A stretch of 64,000 nucleotides of DNA from Armatimonadaceae bacterium (GCA_030447685.1 JAUJOK010000009.1:4543-68542); one strand, 5' to 3'; numbered from the stretch's first letter, positions 1 to 10,190 are shown. The notes: a model not told the origin generated them from the sequence alone. Numbers and translations are program-made.

Positions 1-489
1 CTGCGCTGGACGAATGTTCGGGGCGGCGGGCTGAACTGGGACGCCTTCGTGCTTACCAACGATCCGGCCTGGACGCCACAGAACACCACGGAAACGCCCC
101 CGGCGGCCCCCGGAAAGCATCAAATCGTCGTGCAGACGGAATCCCACCTCGACCCGCCGGGGACAATCAGCAAGCGCCCCATTTATGACTTCAACAACTG
201 GAGCGACGACCGGGTGGCCGTTTCCGACTTCAACCTGTTCTGGAACCCCGGCGGCCAGGTGACGATCAAGGGCGGTCCTGCCGCCGATGATTTCGCCCGG
301 TGGCGCACGCTTCTCGGGGGCAAATTCGATAAGAACAGCGTCATCGCCGACCCGCTGTTCGTGGACCCGGCGCGGCGTGACTACCGGTTGAGGCCCGAAT
401 CACCGGCGCTAAAACTCGGCTTCCGCCCTATCGACACCCGTTCCATCGGTCTGAAAAAGGACTTTCCGGCGCGGCTTGCGCGGGAATAG
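1..489 (+). CDS. C-terminal part of a right-handed parallel beta-helix (pectate-lyase-fold) protein; 5' end lies outside the window
   Basis: Open frame from nt 1 (frame 1) to the TAG at 487-489. The tail 'DPLFVDPARRDYRLRPESPALKLGFRPID' is typical of beta-helix glycosidase/lyase C-termini. Confidence 0.5.
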   Translation: MRWTNVRGGGLNWDAFVLTNDPAWTPQNTTETPPAAPGKHQIVVQTESHLDPPGTISKRPIYDFNNWSDDRVAVSDFNLFWNPGGQVTIKGGPAADDFARWRTLLGGKFDKNSVIADPLFVDPARRDYRLRPESPALKLGFRPIDTRSIGLKKDFPARLARE

Positions 490-498
490 GCGCAGGAA

Positions 499-1380
499 TC
501 AGTCCAGGCTGGGAAGCGTCGGGGAGGCGGGCTGGACGGCGCGATGATCCACGCGCTCCCCTTTCGGCATGGCTTTGAACTCGCGCAGGAACGCCAGAAG
601 GTTTGCCGCCGCGCCCTCGACAGTCGCCTGCCCCTTCTCGCTGGTGGCGAGCGACGGTGCGCCGGAGACGCCGGTGGGGGTGGCGCTGCTGGTCCAGCGT
701 ACCACCTTCATCGGCCCCCACCCTTTTGTCAGGTCTACATGGAGGAACTTCGAGCCTTCCTTACCTGCCGCGCCGCCATAATGATCCTGCGCCTTCTCCA
801 TCTGCACGCGCGATGCGTCCAGGTACAGATAGGCCGAGGTTTCCAGTTCGCAGGCGTGCGCCGCGCCGCCGGGGCCGGATTCCCGCACCGCCTCGAAGCT
901 TTCCACCGCCAGGTTTGTCCACATGGTCGAGGCGAACAGGGCATCCGTTTCCAGCGTCGCCCGCCGCGCGATGAACTCGCACAGGTGCTCGTTGGAGCCG
1001 TGCCCATCCACGATAATGACGCGCTCGAAGCCCGCGTGGGCGACGCTTTTGCAGACATCCAGGCAGTATTCGATGAAGTGGTCGTAGTGGACGTGGATGG
1101 TGCCGGGAAAGTCGAGGGCGTGCTCGTTGTAGCCGTAAGGAATGGTCGGCATAATCAGCGTCTCGCGCGGGGCCTGCTTCGCGGCGGCGATGCAGACGCC
1201 CCGCGCCAGGAAGTTGTCGGTGTCCAGCGGCAAATGATGCCCGTGCTGCTCCGTGCTCCCGATGGGGAGCAGAACGACTTTTTTCGCCAGAACCGCCTCG
1301 TTTATCTCCGGCCAGGTCAGTTGATCGTAATAGATTTTGTCAAGAGAGTCCAATTTTTTGTTTCCTTTGCCCTCCCCCAA
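499..1380 (-). CDS. creatininase-family amidohydrolase
   Basis: 293-aa ORF with the creatininase signature 'LLPIGSTEQHGHHLPLDTD' and 'IVDGHGSN'. Confidence 0.85.
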   Translation of the reverse strand: MGEGKGNKKLDSLDKIYYDQLTWPEINEAVLAKKVVLLPIGSTEQHGHHLPLDTDNFLARGVCIAAAKQAPRETLIMPTIPYGYNEHALDFPGTIHVHYDHFIEYCLDVCKSVAHAGFERVIIVDGHGSNEHLCEFIARRATLETDALFASTMWTNLAVESFEAVRESGPGGAAHACELETSAYLYLDASRVQMEKAQDHYGGAAGKEGSKFLHVDLTKGWGPMKVVRWTSSATPTGVSGAPSLATSEKGQATVEGAAANLLAFLREFKAMPKGERVDHRAVQPASPTLPSLD

Positions 1381-1467
1381 GCCCCCTCTCCCGCCGCGAA
1401 GCGGCTTCTGAACGCCCTGCGGGCGCGGGGGAGGGGGAGAAGGAATGATAATGGCCGTGCGCTCCGA

Positions 1468-2598
1468 TTACTTCAGGCGCGACAGGCGCTCGATGCCTGC
1501 CGGGTTCAGTTCGATTCCGAGGCCGGGACCTGTCGGAACCGGCAGCATACCGTCCGCGTCCAGTTCAAACGGCACGGCGACGATGTCTTCGATATAGGGC
1601 GACGGGGTGATATACTCCACCCATCTTGCTACCGGCATCGCGGCGGCCAGGTGCAGATCGGCGGCGAGGCCGAGGGCGGTGTTCCAGCCGTGGGAGACCA
1701 GCAGGACATTATGGTCATAGGCGGCCCAGGCGATACGGCGCGCCTCGGATAGCCCGCCGCACTTGGTGGTGTCCGGCTGGATAATATCCACCGCGCCCTG
1801 CTCGATCCACGGCAGAAACTGCTGGCGGCGCGTGAACACCTCGCCCGTGGTAATCGGCAGCGGCGCGTGTTCACGGAGTTTCTTGAACCCTTCGATGTCG
1901 TCCGGCGGCAGCGCCTCCTCGAACCAGGTCACGTCATAATCTTTGAGCATCCGCGCCGTCTCGATGGCCCATTTATAGCCGTGGGGCCAGAACTGCTCCG
2001 AGCCGCCCGCATCCACCATGATCTCCACATCCGGCCCGACCGTCTCCCGCGCCGTCTTCACCAGAAGCTCGTCGTATGCGCCGCTGACCCGCCCGAAGCC
2101 GTTCCACCCTAATTTCAGCGCCTTGAAGCCGCGCCCCGTCGCCGCGAGGAGTTTGTCTTTGAGGACGGGCGGCTCGTCGAAGAGAAGGGAACCGTAGGGC
2201 TTGATGCGGTCGCGGTAAATGCCGCCCAAAAGCCGCGCCACGGGTTGATTCGTCGCCTTGCCGAGCAGATCCCATAGGGCGATGTCGATGCCGCTGATGG
2301 TGTGCGTCACCGCGCCGCCGCGCCCCTGCCAGAAGGTCATCTGGTGTAGCTTTTCGGAGACACGCTCCGGCTCGATGGCGCACTCGCCGATCAGCAGCGG
2401 GCGCAGCAGACCCAGCGACGCATCCACCAGGGCTTTGCTGGTAAAGCAGCTTCCCCAGCCGGTCAGCCCCGCGTCCGTCCGCACCTCGACCAGCGTATGC
2501 ATATTCTCCTGGGCGTCCGTGCCCTGCGCCCAGCCTGTATCCGGCGTCTCCCCCAGCAGGGGTATGGTTTGTATCTCGGTTATTTTAATCATCGCCAT
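1468..2598 (-). CDS. mandelate racemase/muconate lactonizing enzyme family protein (enolase superfamily dehydratase/cycloisomerase)
   Basis: Long ORF with an MR/MLE-like N-terminal capping domain and barrel ('ALKLGWNG', 'WFEEALPPDDIEGFKKLREHAPLPITTGE'). Start trimmed to the ATG of 'MAMIKITEIQTIPL'. Confidence 0.8.
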   Translation of the reverse strand: MAMIKITEIQTIPLLGETPDTGWAQGTDAQENMHTLVEVRTDAGLTGWGSCFTSKALVDASLGLLRPLLIGECAIEPERVSEKLHQMTFWQGRGGAVTHTISGIDIALWDLLGKATNQPVARLLGGIYRDRIKPYGSLLFDEPPVLKDKLLAATGRGFKALKLGWNGFGRVSGAYDELLVKTARETVGPDVEIMVDAGGSEQFWPHGYKWAIETARMLKDYDVTWFEEALPPDDIEGFKKLREHAPLPITTGEVFTRRQQFLPWIEQGAVDIIQPDTTKCGGLSEARRIAWAAYDHNVLLVSHGWNTALGLAADLHLAAAMPVARWVEYITPSPYIEDIVAVPFELDADGMLPVPTGPGLGIELNPAGIERLSRLK

Positions 2599-2783
2599 TG
2601 ACGGAAAGCTCCAAAGACACCCCATCGAATGAATTCGAGGCTGTCACTGTACCAAGCCTGCCTGCGCAGGCTCCAGAATTGTTACCGGAACCTATCCTTC
2701 TTGAGTCCGCGCAGGCGGACTTTGTACCCTTCAAGCCTCGAATTCATTCGATGGGGTGTCTTCGAGCCGAGCCTTTCTCCGAT

Positions 2784-4733
2784 TCAGAAGACGCATTCCT
2801 CTATCTCATTCAGGTCGAAGTGGCGGAGGACGCCGCGCAGGATGACGCTGTAGATATCCTGCGTGTCGTAATGGCGCGCGCCGACCCAATCGGCGTAGCT
2901 GTTCATGCCGTCCGCGACTTCCACCCGCCGAATGCGCTCTTCCAGCAGGGCCGCGAGACGACCATACAGGCCGTGCCGTCCGTGCGCGTAGATTTCCACG
3001 TCGGACACATCGAGGTTCGGCCACTGCGCCAGCATGTCCAGGGCGCGCAGCACGTCGTAGGTTCGCAGGGCGGCCAGATCGTCATCGAGCCAGAGAAGGT
3101 CGGTGGCGATCTTATGGATGACGCCGTAGAAGGCGGTGGGCGAGGAGGCGGTGATGGAGCGTGGCGAGAGCGCGCCCGCGCCGGAGACATCCAGCACAAC
3201 GACGGCGCGGCCTGCGGCGCAGGTATTTCGCAGCCATTCCCGGTGCGGCTGAAGCCGGTTCGTCCCGCCGTCCCAGATCGCCAGCGTCACCGGCAGGTTC
3301 TGGTCGGCGCGGCGGAAGTCGCGAAAGGCATAGCCATTGCTGAAAAGCCCCTCCTGCGACCACCACAGACACATCTGCACGGCCATGTCTTCCCAGTGTC
3401 CCTTGTAGTAAAAGCGCGGGTTCAGGTCGCAGGGGCGGCGTTCGCGGTACACCTTTTCGCGCAGCCAGGCCACCGCCCGCGCCCGGCGTTCCGCTTCCGG
3501 CACGGCGGAGCGCTCCCGCGCCCGTTCTTCCAGACGCTCCCGGTTGGCCTCGTGGACAAAAGCGGCATCTGTAATCTCGCCGCGCACCTGGCCGGATGCC
3601 ATGCACCATAACTGTTCCGGGACGAACGGGGCGATGCTCCCCTCATCGAAAGCGGCGTCCCGGTTCAGCAGATGGCGGGCGAAGAACGCGGCGGCGGCGC
3701 GGGCCATGTTCGCGTTGAAGGCGTGCGTGCTGTTTTCCTCGATCAGGTCCAGATAATCGTTTCTGCCGTACATCTCCCAAAAGCGTTTGCAGCGGCTTAC
3801 CGTGGCGCGCGTGCCTTCAATGGGAAAGAAATCGCTCGTGACGGCGAGGACGCGCACGGGGCGCGGGGTCATCGCCAGCAGGATGTCTTCATGGTCGAAG
3901 CCGCGCGCGGAAAAGCCGGGCCAGATCTGCTCGGCATCCTGCGCGCCGCCCGCGTGGAGATAGCTGCGGCGGCTCATGATAAAGGTGGCGGGAACGGCGG
4001 CGGCGATGCGCGTATCGGCTATCATCACCAGCGAGGTCTGCGTGCCGCCGCCGGAGTTGCCGGTGACGCCGATGCGCTGCGGGTCTACCTCGGGCCGACT
4101 GCACAAGTAGTCCACGCCGCGCAGGGCGTCCTGCAGAAAATAGCGCGCAATGGAGTCCCCCAGCGGAAGGCACTGCGCCCCGGCATGGTCGTGCTCATTG
4201 GTTCCCCAGGGCACCGTGCTGCCGCCGAGGGCGGGTTCATGATGACCCAGCCGCTCGCCCTGCCCCAGCGGGTCCTGCGCCAGCACGATCAGGCCTGCCT
4301 GCGCCAGATACTGACAGACTATCTGGTATTCCTCGACATGCTTGGCTTCGCGGTGATGCCCGCACAGGAACAGCACCGCGCCGCTCGGCCCCACAAGCCC
4401 GTCCGGCAGGTAAAGGTTCGCGGTGACATAGTTCCGGGGGCGCGATTGGAAAATCACCTTCTCAATACGGAAGCCGTTCCCGGCCACGGTTCCGACCGTC
4501 CGCGCCTCCAGCGGCGTCTCCGACGCAGGCAGTCCCCCCAGCGATTCCGTCAGGTACTGGCGAAGGGCGCGCTGCCGTTCTTCCAGAGCGGCGGGGGTGG
4601 TGATGGCGTCGCGCGCCGCATCACCGGCATCGAACGCCTGCTCGGAGCGGCGGTAGACATGCTGCTTGAGCTGATCGCCGACATCGTAGAACCCGTTCCC
4701 CGGCGAATGGTTCTCCAAATCCTGGAGCGTCAT
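2784..4733 (-). CDS. two-domain alpha/beta hydrolase, acetyl xylan esterase (AXE1/Abhydrolase_7)-like
   Basis: 662-aa ORF. Nucleophile elbow 'GVTGNSGGG' and 'HAFN' near the end of the first alpha/beta-hydrolase half; second half resembles a degenerate alpha/beta-hydrolase-like domain. Start set at the ATG of 'MTLQDLEN', which has purine-rich sequence upstream; the GTG at 4772 is an alternative. Confidence 0.7.
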   Translation of the reverse strand: MTLQDLENHSPGNGFYDVGDQLKQHVYRRSEQAFDAGDAARDAITTPAALEERQRALRQYLTESLGGLPASETPLEARTVGTVAGNGFRIEKVIFQSRPRNYVTANLYLPDGLVGPSGAVLFLCGHHREAKHVEEYQIVCQYLAQAGLIVLAQDPLGQGERLGHHEPALGGSTVPWGTNEHDHAGAQCLPLGDSIARYFLQDALRGVDYLCSRPEVDPQRIGVTGNSGGGTQTSLVMIADTRIAAAVPATFIMSRRSYLHAGGAQDAEQIWPGFSARGFDHEDILLAMTPRPVRVLAVTSDFFPIEGTRATVSRCKRFWEMYGRNDYLDLIEENSTHAFNANMARAAAAFFARHLLNRDAAFDEGSIAPFVPEQLWCMASGQVRGEITDAAFVHEANRERLEERARERSAVPEAERRARAVAWLREKVYRERRPCDLNPRFYYKGHWEDMAVQMCLWWSQEGLFSNGYAFRDFRRADQNLPVTLAIWDGGTNRLQPHREWLRNTCAAGRAVVVLDVSGAGALSPRSITASSPTAFYGVIHKIATDLLWLDDDLAALRTYDVLRALDMLAQWPNLDVSDVEIYAHGRHGLYGRLAALLEERIRRVEVADGMNSYADWVGARHYDTQDIYSVILRGVLRHFDLNEIEECVF

Positions 4734-5113
4734 GGCGAGAATCTTTTCTCTGGCGGAAAGCGTTACTGCCACTGTTAATTCGGCGGACAGAAGGACGTTT
4801 CCTGTGACGGGGTCAGCCGGGCGGTAAATGCGCCAACCTCCCGTTTAGCCGCGAAATAAGGTACCCTCACACGTAATCCCACCTGCGATAGAAAGTGCTT
4901 CCATGATTCCTGCCTCGCGCAGTGCGAACAAACCCGGCTGGCTGGTGGAGGGCACCTACACCGACTCGCCTGATGCTGCGAAGGTCATCTGTACCGGTGA
5001 CCGCACTGGTTACGGCAACGTCTACGAGGTCCAGGTCGGGAAGTGGGAGGGCTTGCCGCCGCTGGAATAATATGCGGAATTCACCTGCCTCAGCCGATAT
5101 ATCAAGAGGATAT

Positions 5114-5893
5114 ATGGCTACGGCAACGATAACCTGGGCGCGGGAAAAACCGGAAACCGCAGAGATATTCAGAACGCAGCGGATGACGCGCATCGGATTT
5201 CTGTTCGGCCTGCTGTTCCCTGTTGTTGGGATGATTATTGAGTGCGCGCGGCTGGGCCAGTTTACGCTGAGCGCCCTGCTGACCCTCCAAAGCCGAATGC
5301 CGCTGCTCTGGCTGCTGGATGCCGCGCCGTTCCTGCTGGGCGCACTCGGCTATTTTGTTCGCGTGCCGCAGCTTCTGGAAAGCGGCCATTTCTTCCCCCG
5401 GCGCAGGCTTATCCTGCGTATCGTTGCGACGGTTTTCGCCGCCGAACTGATGACGCTGCCGCTTTTGCCCCTGCTTTTGTCGGGCGCGGGGGGCGGCGGC
5501 TGGGTGGCCGCCGCAGCGGGCGGCGCGCTGCTGGCCCCGCTCAGCGCGCTGCTCGTCTATCTGTTCGTGGTGCGGCCCCTGTGCCGCAGTTCGCTTCAGG
5601 AAATGGCGCGGACGAACGCCGTTCTGGACGCCTCGGTGGACGCCGTGTTCGTGCTGGACGCCTGGGGTGTCATCCACTCCTTTAATCCCGCCGCGCAGAC
5701 TATTTTCGGCTACACGGCGGCGGAGGTGGCGGGGCAGAATGTGCGACTGCTGCTGCGGCGCGCGCGGTCGAGCGGGGCGCGGGTGGTGGGCGCCGGAGTG
5801 TCGGAGCAGGCGCAGGCGGTGGCGGTTGAGCGGGAAGTGACGGCGCGGCGTAAGGACGGCACATCGTTCCCCGCCCATCTGTCTGTCCGCTAG
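5114..5893 (+). CDS. N-terminal part of a membrane sensor (multi-TM domain plus first PAS domain); ends at an in-frame TAG in mid-PAS and is contiguous in frame with the next CDS
   Basis: RBS 'aagagga' 4-5 nt before ATG 5114. TM segments 'IGFLFGLLFPVVGMII', 'MPLLWLLDAAPFLLGALGYFV', 'LPLLPLLLSGAGGGGWVAAAAGGALLAPLSALLVYLFVV'. PAS text '...RKDGTSFPAHLSVR' stops at TAG 5891-5893. Confidence 0.6.
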   Translation: MATATITWAREKPETAEIFRTQRMTRIGFLFGLLFPVVGMIIECARLGQFTLSALLTLQSRMPLLWLLDAAPFLLGALGYFVRVPQLLESGHFFPRRRLILRIVATVFAAELMTLPLLPLLLSGAGGGGWVAAAAGGALLAPLSALLVYLFVVRPLCRSSLQEMARTNAVLDASVDAVFVLDAWGVIHSFNPAAQTIFGYTAAEVAGQNVRLLLRRARSSGARVVGAGVSEQAQAVAVEREVTARRKDGTSFPAHLSVR

Positions 5894-8047
5894 ATGCGCC
5901 TGGGCGCGCGGTCTCTGTTTATCGCCGTTCTGCGCGATATTACCGAAGGCAAGCGCGCGGAAGAGGCGCTTCGTCTTTTCGAGGAACGGTTCCGCCTGGT
6001 GCTGGAGGGGCTGAAGGATCACGCCGTCTTTCTGCTCAGCCTGGATGGCCGCGTCGTTACCTGGAACGCCGGGGCGGAGCGCATTCAGGGATATGCGGCG
6101 GACGAGATCGTCGGCCAGAACTTTTCCTGTTTTTATCCCGATGACGAAGTGAAGCGCGGTGCGCCCGAGCACGAACTGGCAGCCGCGAGGGACGGCTCCC
6201 CGTACGAGGGCGAGGGCTGGCGCGTGCGTAAGGACGGCTCGCGATTCTGGGCGATAACGACGCTCACCGCGTTGCGTAACGAATCGGGCAAGGTGCGCGG
6301 CTTCGCCCTGGTTATCCGCGATATTACCGAGCGGCAGGAGGCGCAGGAGGCGCTGCGGCAGGCACAGGAAAAGTACCACGGCGTTCTGGAGCAGGCCGTC
6401 ATCGGCTCGTTTGAAACTACGCCGGGCGGGCGCTTTATCCGGGTCAATCCGGCGCTGGCGCGTCTGTGCGGTTATGAGTCGCCCGCCGAGATGAAAAAGC
6501 GGATCACCGACATCGGGCAGCAGTTGTACGTGGAGCCGGAGCGGCGCGCGCAGTTCGTCCACCTGATGCGCGAGCACACCGCTCTGTCCGAATTTGAATC
6601 GCGCGTCTATCGCAAAGACGGCAGCATTATCTGGATCAATGAAACCGCGCGGGCAGTCCGGGACGTTCGCGGCGCACTGCTTCACTACGAAGGCATGGTG
6701 GAAGATGTCACCAAGCGCAAAGCGGTAGAGATACAGCTTCTGCATGACGCCTTTCATGATAAGCTGACGGGCTTGCCGAACCGCGCGCTGTGCCTCGACC
6801 GGGTGGGACAATCCATCGCGCGGGCGCAGCGCAGCCCGGACTATTTGTTCGCGGTGCTTTTGCTCGATTTAGACCGTTTCAAGGTTGTCAACGACAGTCT
6901 GGGGCCGACCGTCGGCGACCGGATGCTGGTTGAGATTGCGCGCCGTTTGGAGCAGTGCCTGCGCCCCTCCGATACCGTTTCGCGCCTGGGCGGGGATGAG
7001 TTCGCGCTGTTGCTGGATGGAATTAAAGATGTCGGTGACACCATTCATGTGGCCGAGCGGGTACAGCAGGAGCTGGCCGCGCCCTTCGTTTTGGGCGGAC
7101 AGGAGGTATTTGCCGGGGCCAGCATCGGGATCGCCCTGAGCGCGACCGGCTATGAGCAGGCCGAGGATGTTCTGCGCGACGCCGATATCGCCATGCACCG
7201 GGCCAAGACACTGGGCAAATCGGGACATGAGATGTTCGACACGGTCATGCACGCCCGCGCCGTGAAGCGGCTGGAGATAGAGACCGATCTGCGGCGGGCT
7301 ATCGAGCGGGAAGAGTTCCGCGTGTTTTACCAGCCTATCGTTTCGCTGGAAACCGGCGAAATTACCGGCTTCGAGGCGCTGGTGCGCTGGCAGCACCCGG
7401 AGCGCGGCCTGGTGTCCCCGGCGGAGTTTATCCCCGTGGTCGAGGAGACGCGCCTGATACTTCCACTCGGGCGGTGGGTGCTGCGCGAATCATGCCGCCA
7501 GTTAAAAGAGTGGCAGACGCGTTTTCCCGAGCATCCGCCGCTGACAGTCGCGGTGAACCTTTCGGGCAGGCAGTTCGAGCAGCCGGATTTGATCGCGCAT
7601 ATACGGCAGATTCTGGAGGAAACGCAGCTTTCCCCAGGCCGCCTGAAACTGGAAATTACCGAAAGCGTGATCATGGAGAACGCCGACTCGGCGTCCGCCC
7701 TGCTTTTGCAGATACGCGAGATGGGTATCGAGCTGGCGATTGACGACTTCGGCACCGGCTATTCGTCGCTCAGCTATCTGCACCGCTTCCCGATCAACGC
7801 GCTGAAGATCGACCGCTCGTTTGTCAGCCGCATCGGGGCGCAGGGCGAGAACGCAGAGATAGTCCGCACTATCATTGCGCTGGCGGACAATCTGTGCCTG
7901 GACGTGGTGGCGGAGGGCGTGGAGACGGCGGAGCAGTTAGCGCATCTGCGCGCGCTCCATTGCCGCCACGGGCAGGGCTACTTTTTCAGCAAACCGATAG
8001 AAGCCGCCGCCGTGGAAAGCCTTCTCGTCCGCCGCCCGACCTGGTAA
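5894..8047 (+). CDS. PAS-PAS-GGDEF-EAL c-di-GMP turnover protein (continuation of the upstream sensor ORF)
   Basis: 717 aa. 'IAVLRDITEGKRAEE' completes a PAS fold; second PAS follows; GGDEF motif 'RLGGDEFALLL'; EAL motif 'FEALVRW' plus 'DDFGTGYSSLSYL'. ATG sits directly after the TAG in the same frame (frame 2). Confidence 0.85.
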   Translation: MRLGARSLFIAVLRDITEGKRAEEALRLFEERFRLVLEGLKDHAVFLLSLDGRVVTWNAGAERIQGYAADEIVGQNFSCFYPDDEVKRGAPEHELAAARDGSPYEGEGWRVRKDGSRFWAITTLTALRNESGKVRGFALVIRDITERQEAQEALRQAQEKYHGVLEQAVIGSFETTPGGRFIRVNPALARLCGYESPAEMKKRITDIGQQLYVEPERRAQFVHLMREHTALSEFESRVYRKDGSIIWINETARAVRDVRGALLHYEGMVEDVTKRKAVEIQLLHDAFHDKLTGLPNRALCLDRVGQSIARAQRSPDYLFAVLLLDLDRFKVVNDSLGPTVGDRMLVEIARRLEQCLRPSDTVSRLGGDEFALLLDGIKDVGDTIHVAERVQQELAAPFVLGGQEVFAGASIGIALSATGYEQAEDVLRDADIAMHRAKTLGKSGHEMFDTVMHARAVKRLEIETDLRRAIEREEFRVFYQPIVSLETGEITGFEALVRWQHPERGLVSPAEFIPVVEETRLILPLGRWVLRESCRQLKEWQTRFPEHPPLTVAVNLSGRQFEQPDLIAHIRQILEETQLSPGRLKLEITESVIMENADSASALLLQIREMGIELAIDDFGTGYSSLSYLHRFPINALKIDRSFVSRIGAQGENAEIVRTIIALADNLCLDVVAEGVETAEQLAHLRALHCRHGQGYFFSKPIEAAAVESLLVRRPTW

Positions 8048-8224
8048 TGCCCCTTTACAATTTACTACATTGAGAAAAAGCACTCGGTGCGATTCGTCTT
8101 TTCGTCTGCGGTAGCAAAATCCAAGATAACTTCGCTTTTGGAGCAAAAGGCGAAGTTGCTTCAGCGAGCAGAACGCAGGTCAAGACAACGGCGCAGGCGG
8201 TATGGGCAGAGTCGCTTTGGCCCG

Positions 8225-8488
8225 TTAGACCCACCTGCTGCTCCTTATAGCCTTAGCCCAAAAAACTGCCGCCGTGATCCACCAGCCCGCTACGATGGTC
8301 TCTATTAGAAATGGCACTTGCTGAGGCACAGTCAGCAGTATACTGAAAAGAATCGCAGCCACGGACGTAGCGATTGCCATCTTAATCGAATCCCGGAAGC
8401 TTCTATAGTACGCCTCTCGCTTCCGTGCGCGCTGTTCCTGAATTATGAAGTCGATAGGCTCAATGGCAACCACGCGTTCTGGAAGCAT
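8225..8488 (-). CDS. small membrane protein, hypothetical (possibly a fragment)
   Basis: 87-aa ORF with one hydrophobic helix 'IATSVAAILFSILLTVPQQVPFLIETIVAGWWITAAVFW'. Open frame extends upstream without an ATG, so it may be a remnant. Confidence 0.25.
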   Translation of the reverse strand: MLPERVVAIEPIDFIIQEQRARKREAYYRSFRDSIKMAIATSVAAILFSILLTVPQQVPFLIETIVAGWWITAAVFWAKAIRSSRWV

Positions 8489-9926
8489 GCGCGCCTGGAA
8501 AGCATAAACGCCCTTCTCGCGCGGGTACTTGTAGTCAACAACGGTGTCCGCGCCCTCTGGGAACCCGAAGCCCAGCGCCGCGCTTCTTTGAGTGCATCTC
8601 CCGGTGAATCCGCCTCAACGTGGACACTGCCGCTAACCTATATTTCATAGATGGGCATGAGTTGTACTACCGTTCCTTCGAATAAGGGAGCACCTAACGA
8701 CTGTTCAACAACGGCACGGATTTGGCTCTTTGGGGAGAAAGGGAAGTCCTACTTGGCCGCCTGTTCTCGGGCGTCAAAGATGGAGTTGCCCTCTTTGTCA
8801 GTCACCTCGATGTTGCCGCCATCCGGTGTCGCCGCCAGCGTAATGGCAAGCTGCTCGCTCCCCGCATGAATAATGTCCAGCCAGCCGCCGTGCAGATCAC
8901 AGCCCATCGTCACCCGCATTTTGCCGTCCAGGCTGTTTACGTGAATGTAACCGCCGTCGTTGTCGGCGCGGAGAGTTCCAGCACTACCTTGCCCTCCGTG
9001 TTGGCAATCCGAGCGGAGCAGTCGCGGTGATGCCATCAGCACCTTCGACGGCCAGGAAGGCGTTGGACAAGCGAGCTATCGTCTCCTCGGCACGCGCAAG
9101 CCGCCGCTCCAGTTCTCCGCACTCGCTCGTCCATCTCTGTAGGTCTTTCCTTCCAGGAGCGGCACTTCGCTTTTCGTATAAAGGCGACGTCATGCCTTGT
9201 GTGACCGAAGTCGGCAATCAACCGCTCGTAGATTCGCGATTGTTCACTTCATTATCGCACACGTTCTCATCAACGCGTTTTGTAACAGATGGTTAATGCC
9301 CGCAGCCGCAGTCGCACGTACAGCGTTTTGACGGCTCGCTACCGGCGGAAGCAGCGTCCACGGCGGACGTGCCTTTGGCGCGGATTTGCAGCCCGCCGTT
9401 GTTCACGTCTATACGCAGGCTGCCGTTTTCCTCCGGCGAGCGCCAGTCGCTGCGAAGCCCCTGCTCATCCACCGTCAGCGAAAACGCCTCCTGCTCCTTT
9501 TCCTGCACCGAAACCGTGGGGACAGCAGCGGCAGCGAGCGCGCGGTTCCGCCTGCCCCGGTACCGGAAGAGTTCGCCGAAACCGCCGCCAGAAAGACCAG
9601 TAAGCAGAACGTCCCCAGTCCCGCCGCGAAAAGCGTCCATTCCCTGCTGCTCAGTCGCATCGCCATTTCCTTTCCTGTCTCCCGAAGTGCATGGATAAGA
9701 CCCCCTCGCGTGCATCCAGGTTGCGCCCGCGCAGGCTGCCTGTTTCTGCTCCTGAAGAAACACCCCGTAGCGAGCCGATAATACGAGAGAGAAGCGTCGA
9801 AATGGGCGCGGATGGCGAAGCAAATCCTGGTAAAACACCCGCCAGTAAAAGTGTGTGGTAATTGCGCGGGGTTATGGCACAACCAAATCAGAGACGGTTC
9901 TAAAGTTACGAAATGAGGAATATCGA

Positions 9927-10190
9927 ATGAATACCCTTCCCGTAGGCGGTCAGTCGCCGGACGATCAGTCGGTTAAGCTGACCAAGCGTGAGATCGAAGT
10001 TCTGACCCTGGTTATCGAGGGCAAGTCGAGCAAAGAGGTGGCGGAGCAGCTGTTCGTCAGCAAGCGTACCGTTGACTTCCACCTGGCCAATATCTACGAC
10101 AAGCTCAACGTCACCAACCGTGTCCAGGCGTTCCGCGAGGCGACGCGCCGTGGCCTTATCCCCTTCCATATTGTCGGCAGCAAGCAGTAG
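9927..10190 (+). CDS. LuxR/GerE-family helix-turn-helix transcriptional regulator (small solo HTH)
   Basis: 'LTKREIEVLTLVIEGKSSKEVAEQLFVSKRTVDFHLANIYDKLNV' is a GerE/LuxR HTH. RBS 'gaggaa' 7 nt before ATG 9927. Ends with TAG. Confidence 0.8.
   Translation: MNTLPVGGQSPDDQSVKLTKREIEVLTLVIEGKSSKEVAEQLFVSKRTVDFHLANIYDKLNVTNRVQAFREATRRGLIPFHIVGSKQ

Noticed and set aside
544-1752. 402-aa plus-strand ORF overlapping the creatininase and enolase-family genes
   Set aside because: Antisense to two well-supported genes; low-complexity Arg/Ala/Gly-rich translation typical of high-GC reverse-strand ORFs.
5891-5893. Possibility that TAG is recoded (amber suppression or pyrrolysine-like) genome-wide
   Set aside because: TAG terminates other confident genes in this window (for example 10188-10190), and the remaining disruptions are indels, not TAG codons.
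5102-6811. 569-aa minus-strand ORF
   Set aside because: Antisense to the PAS-GGDEF-EAL gene; Arg/Gln-rich junk with no motifs.
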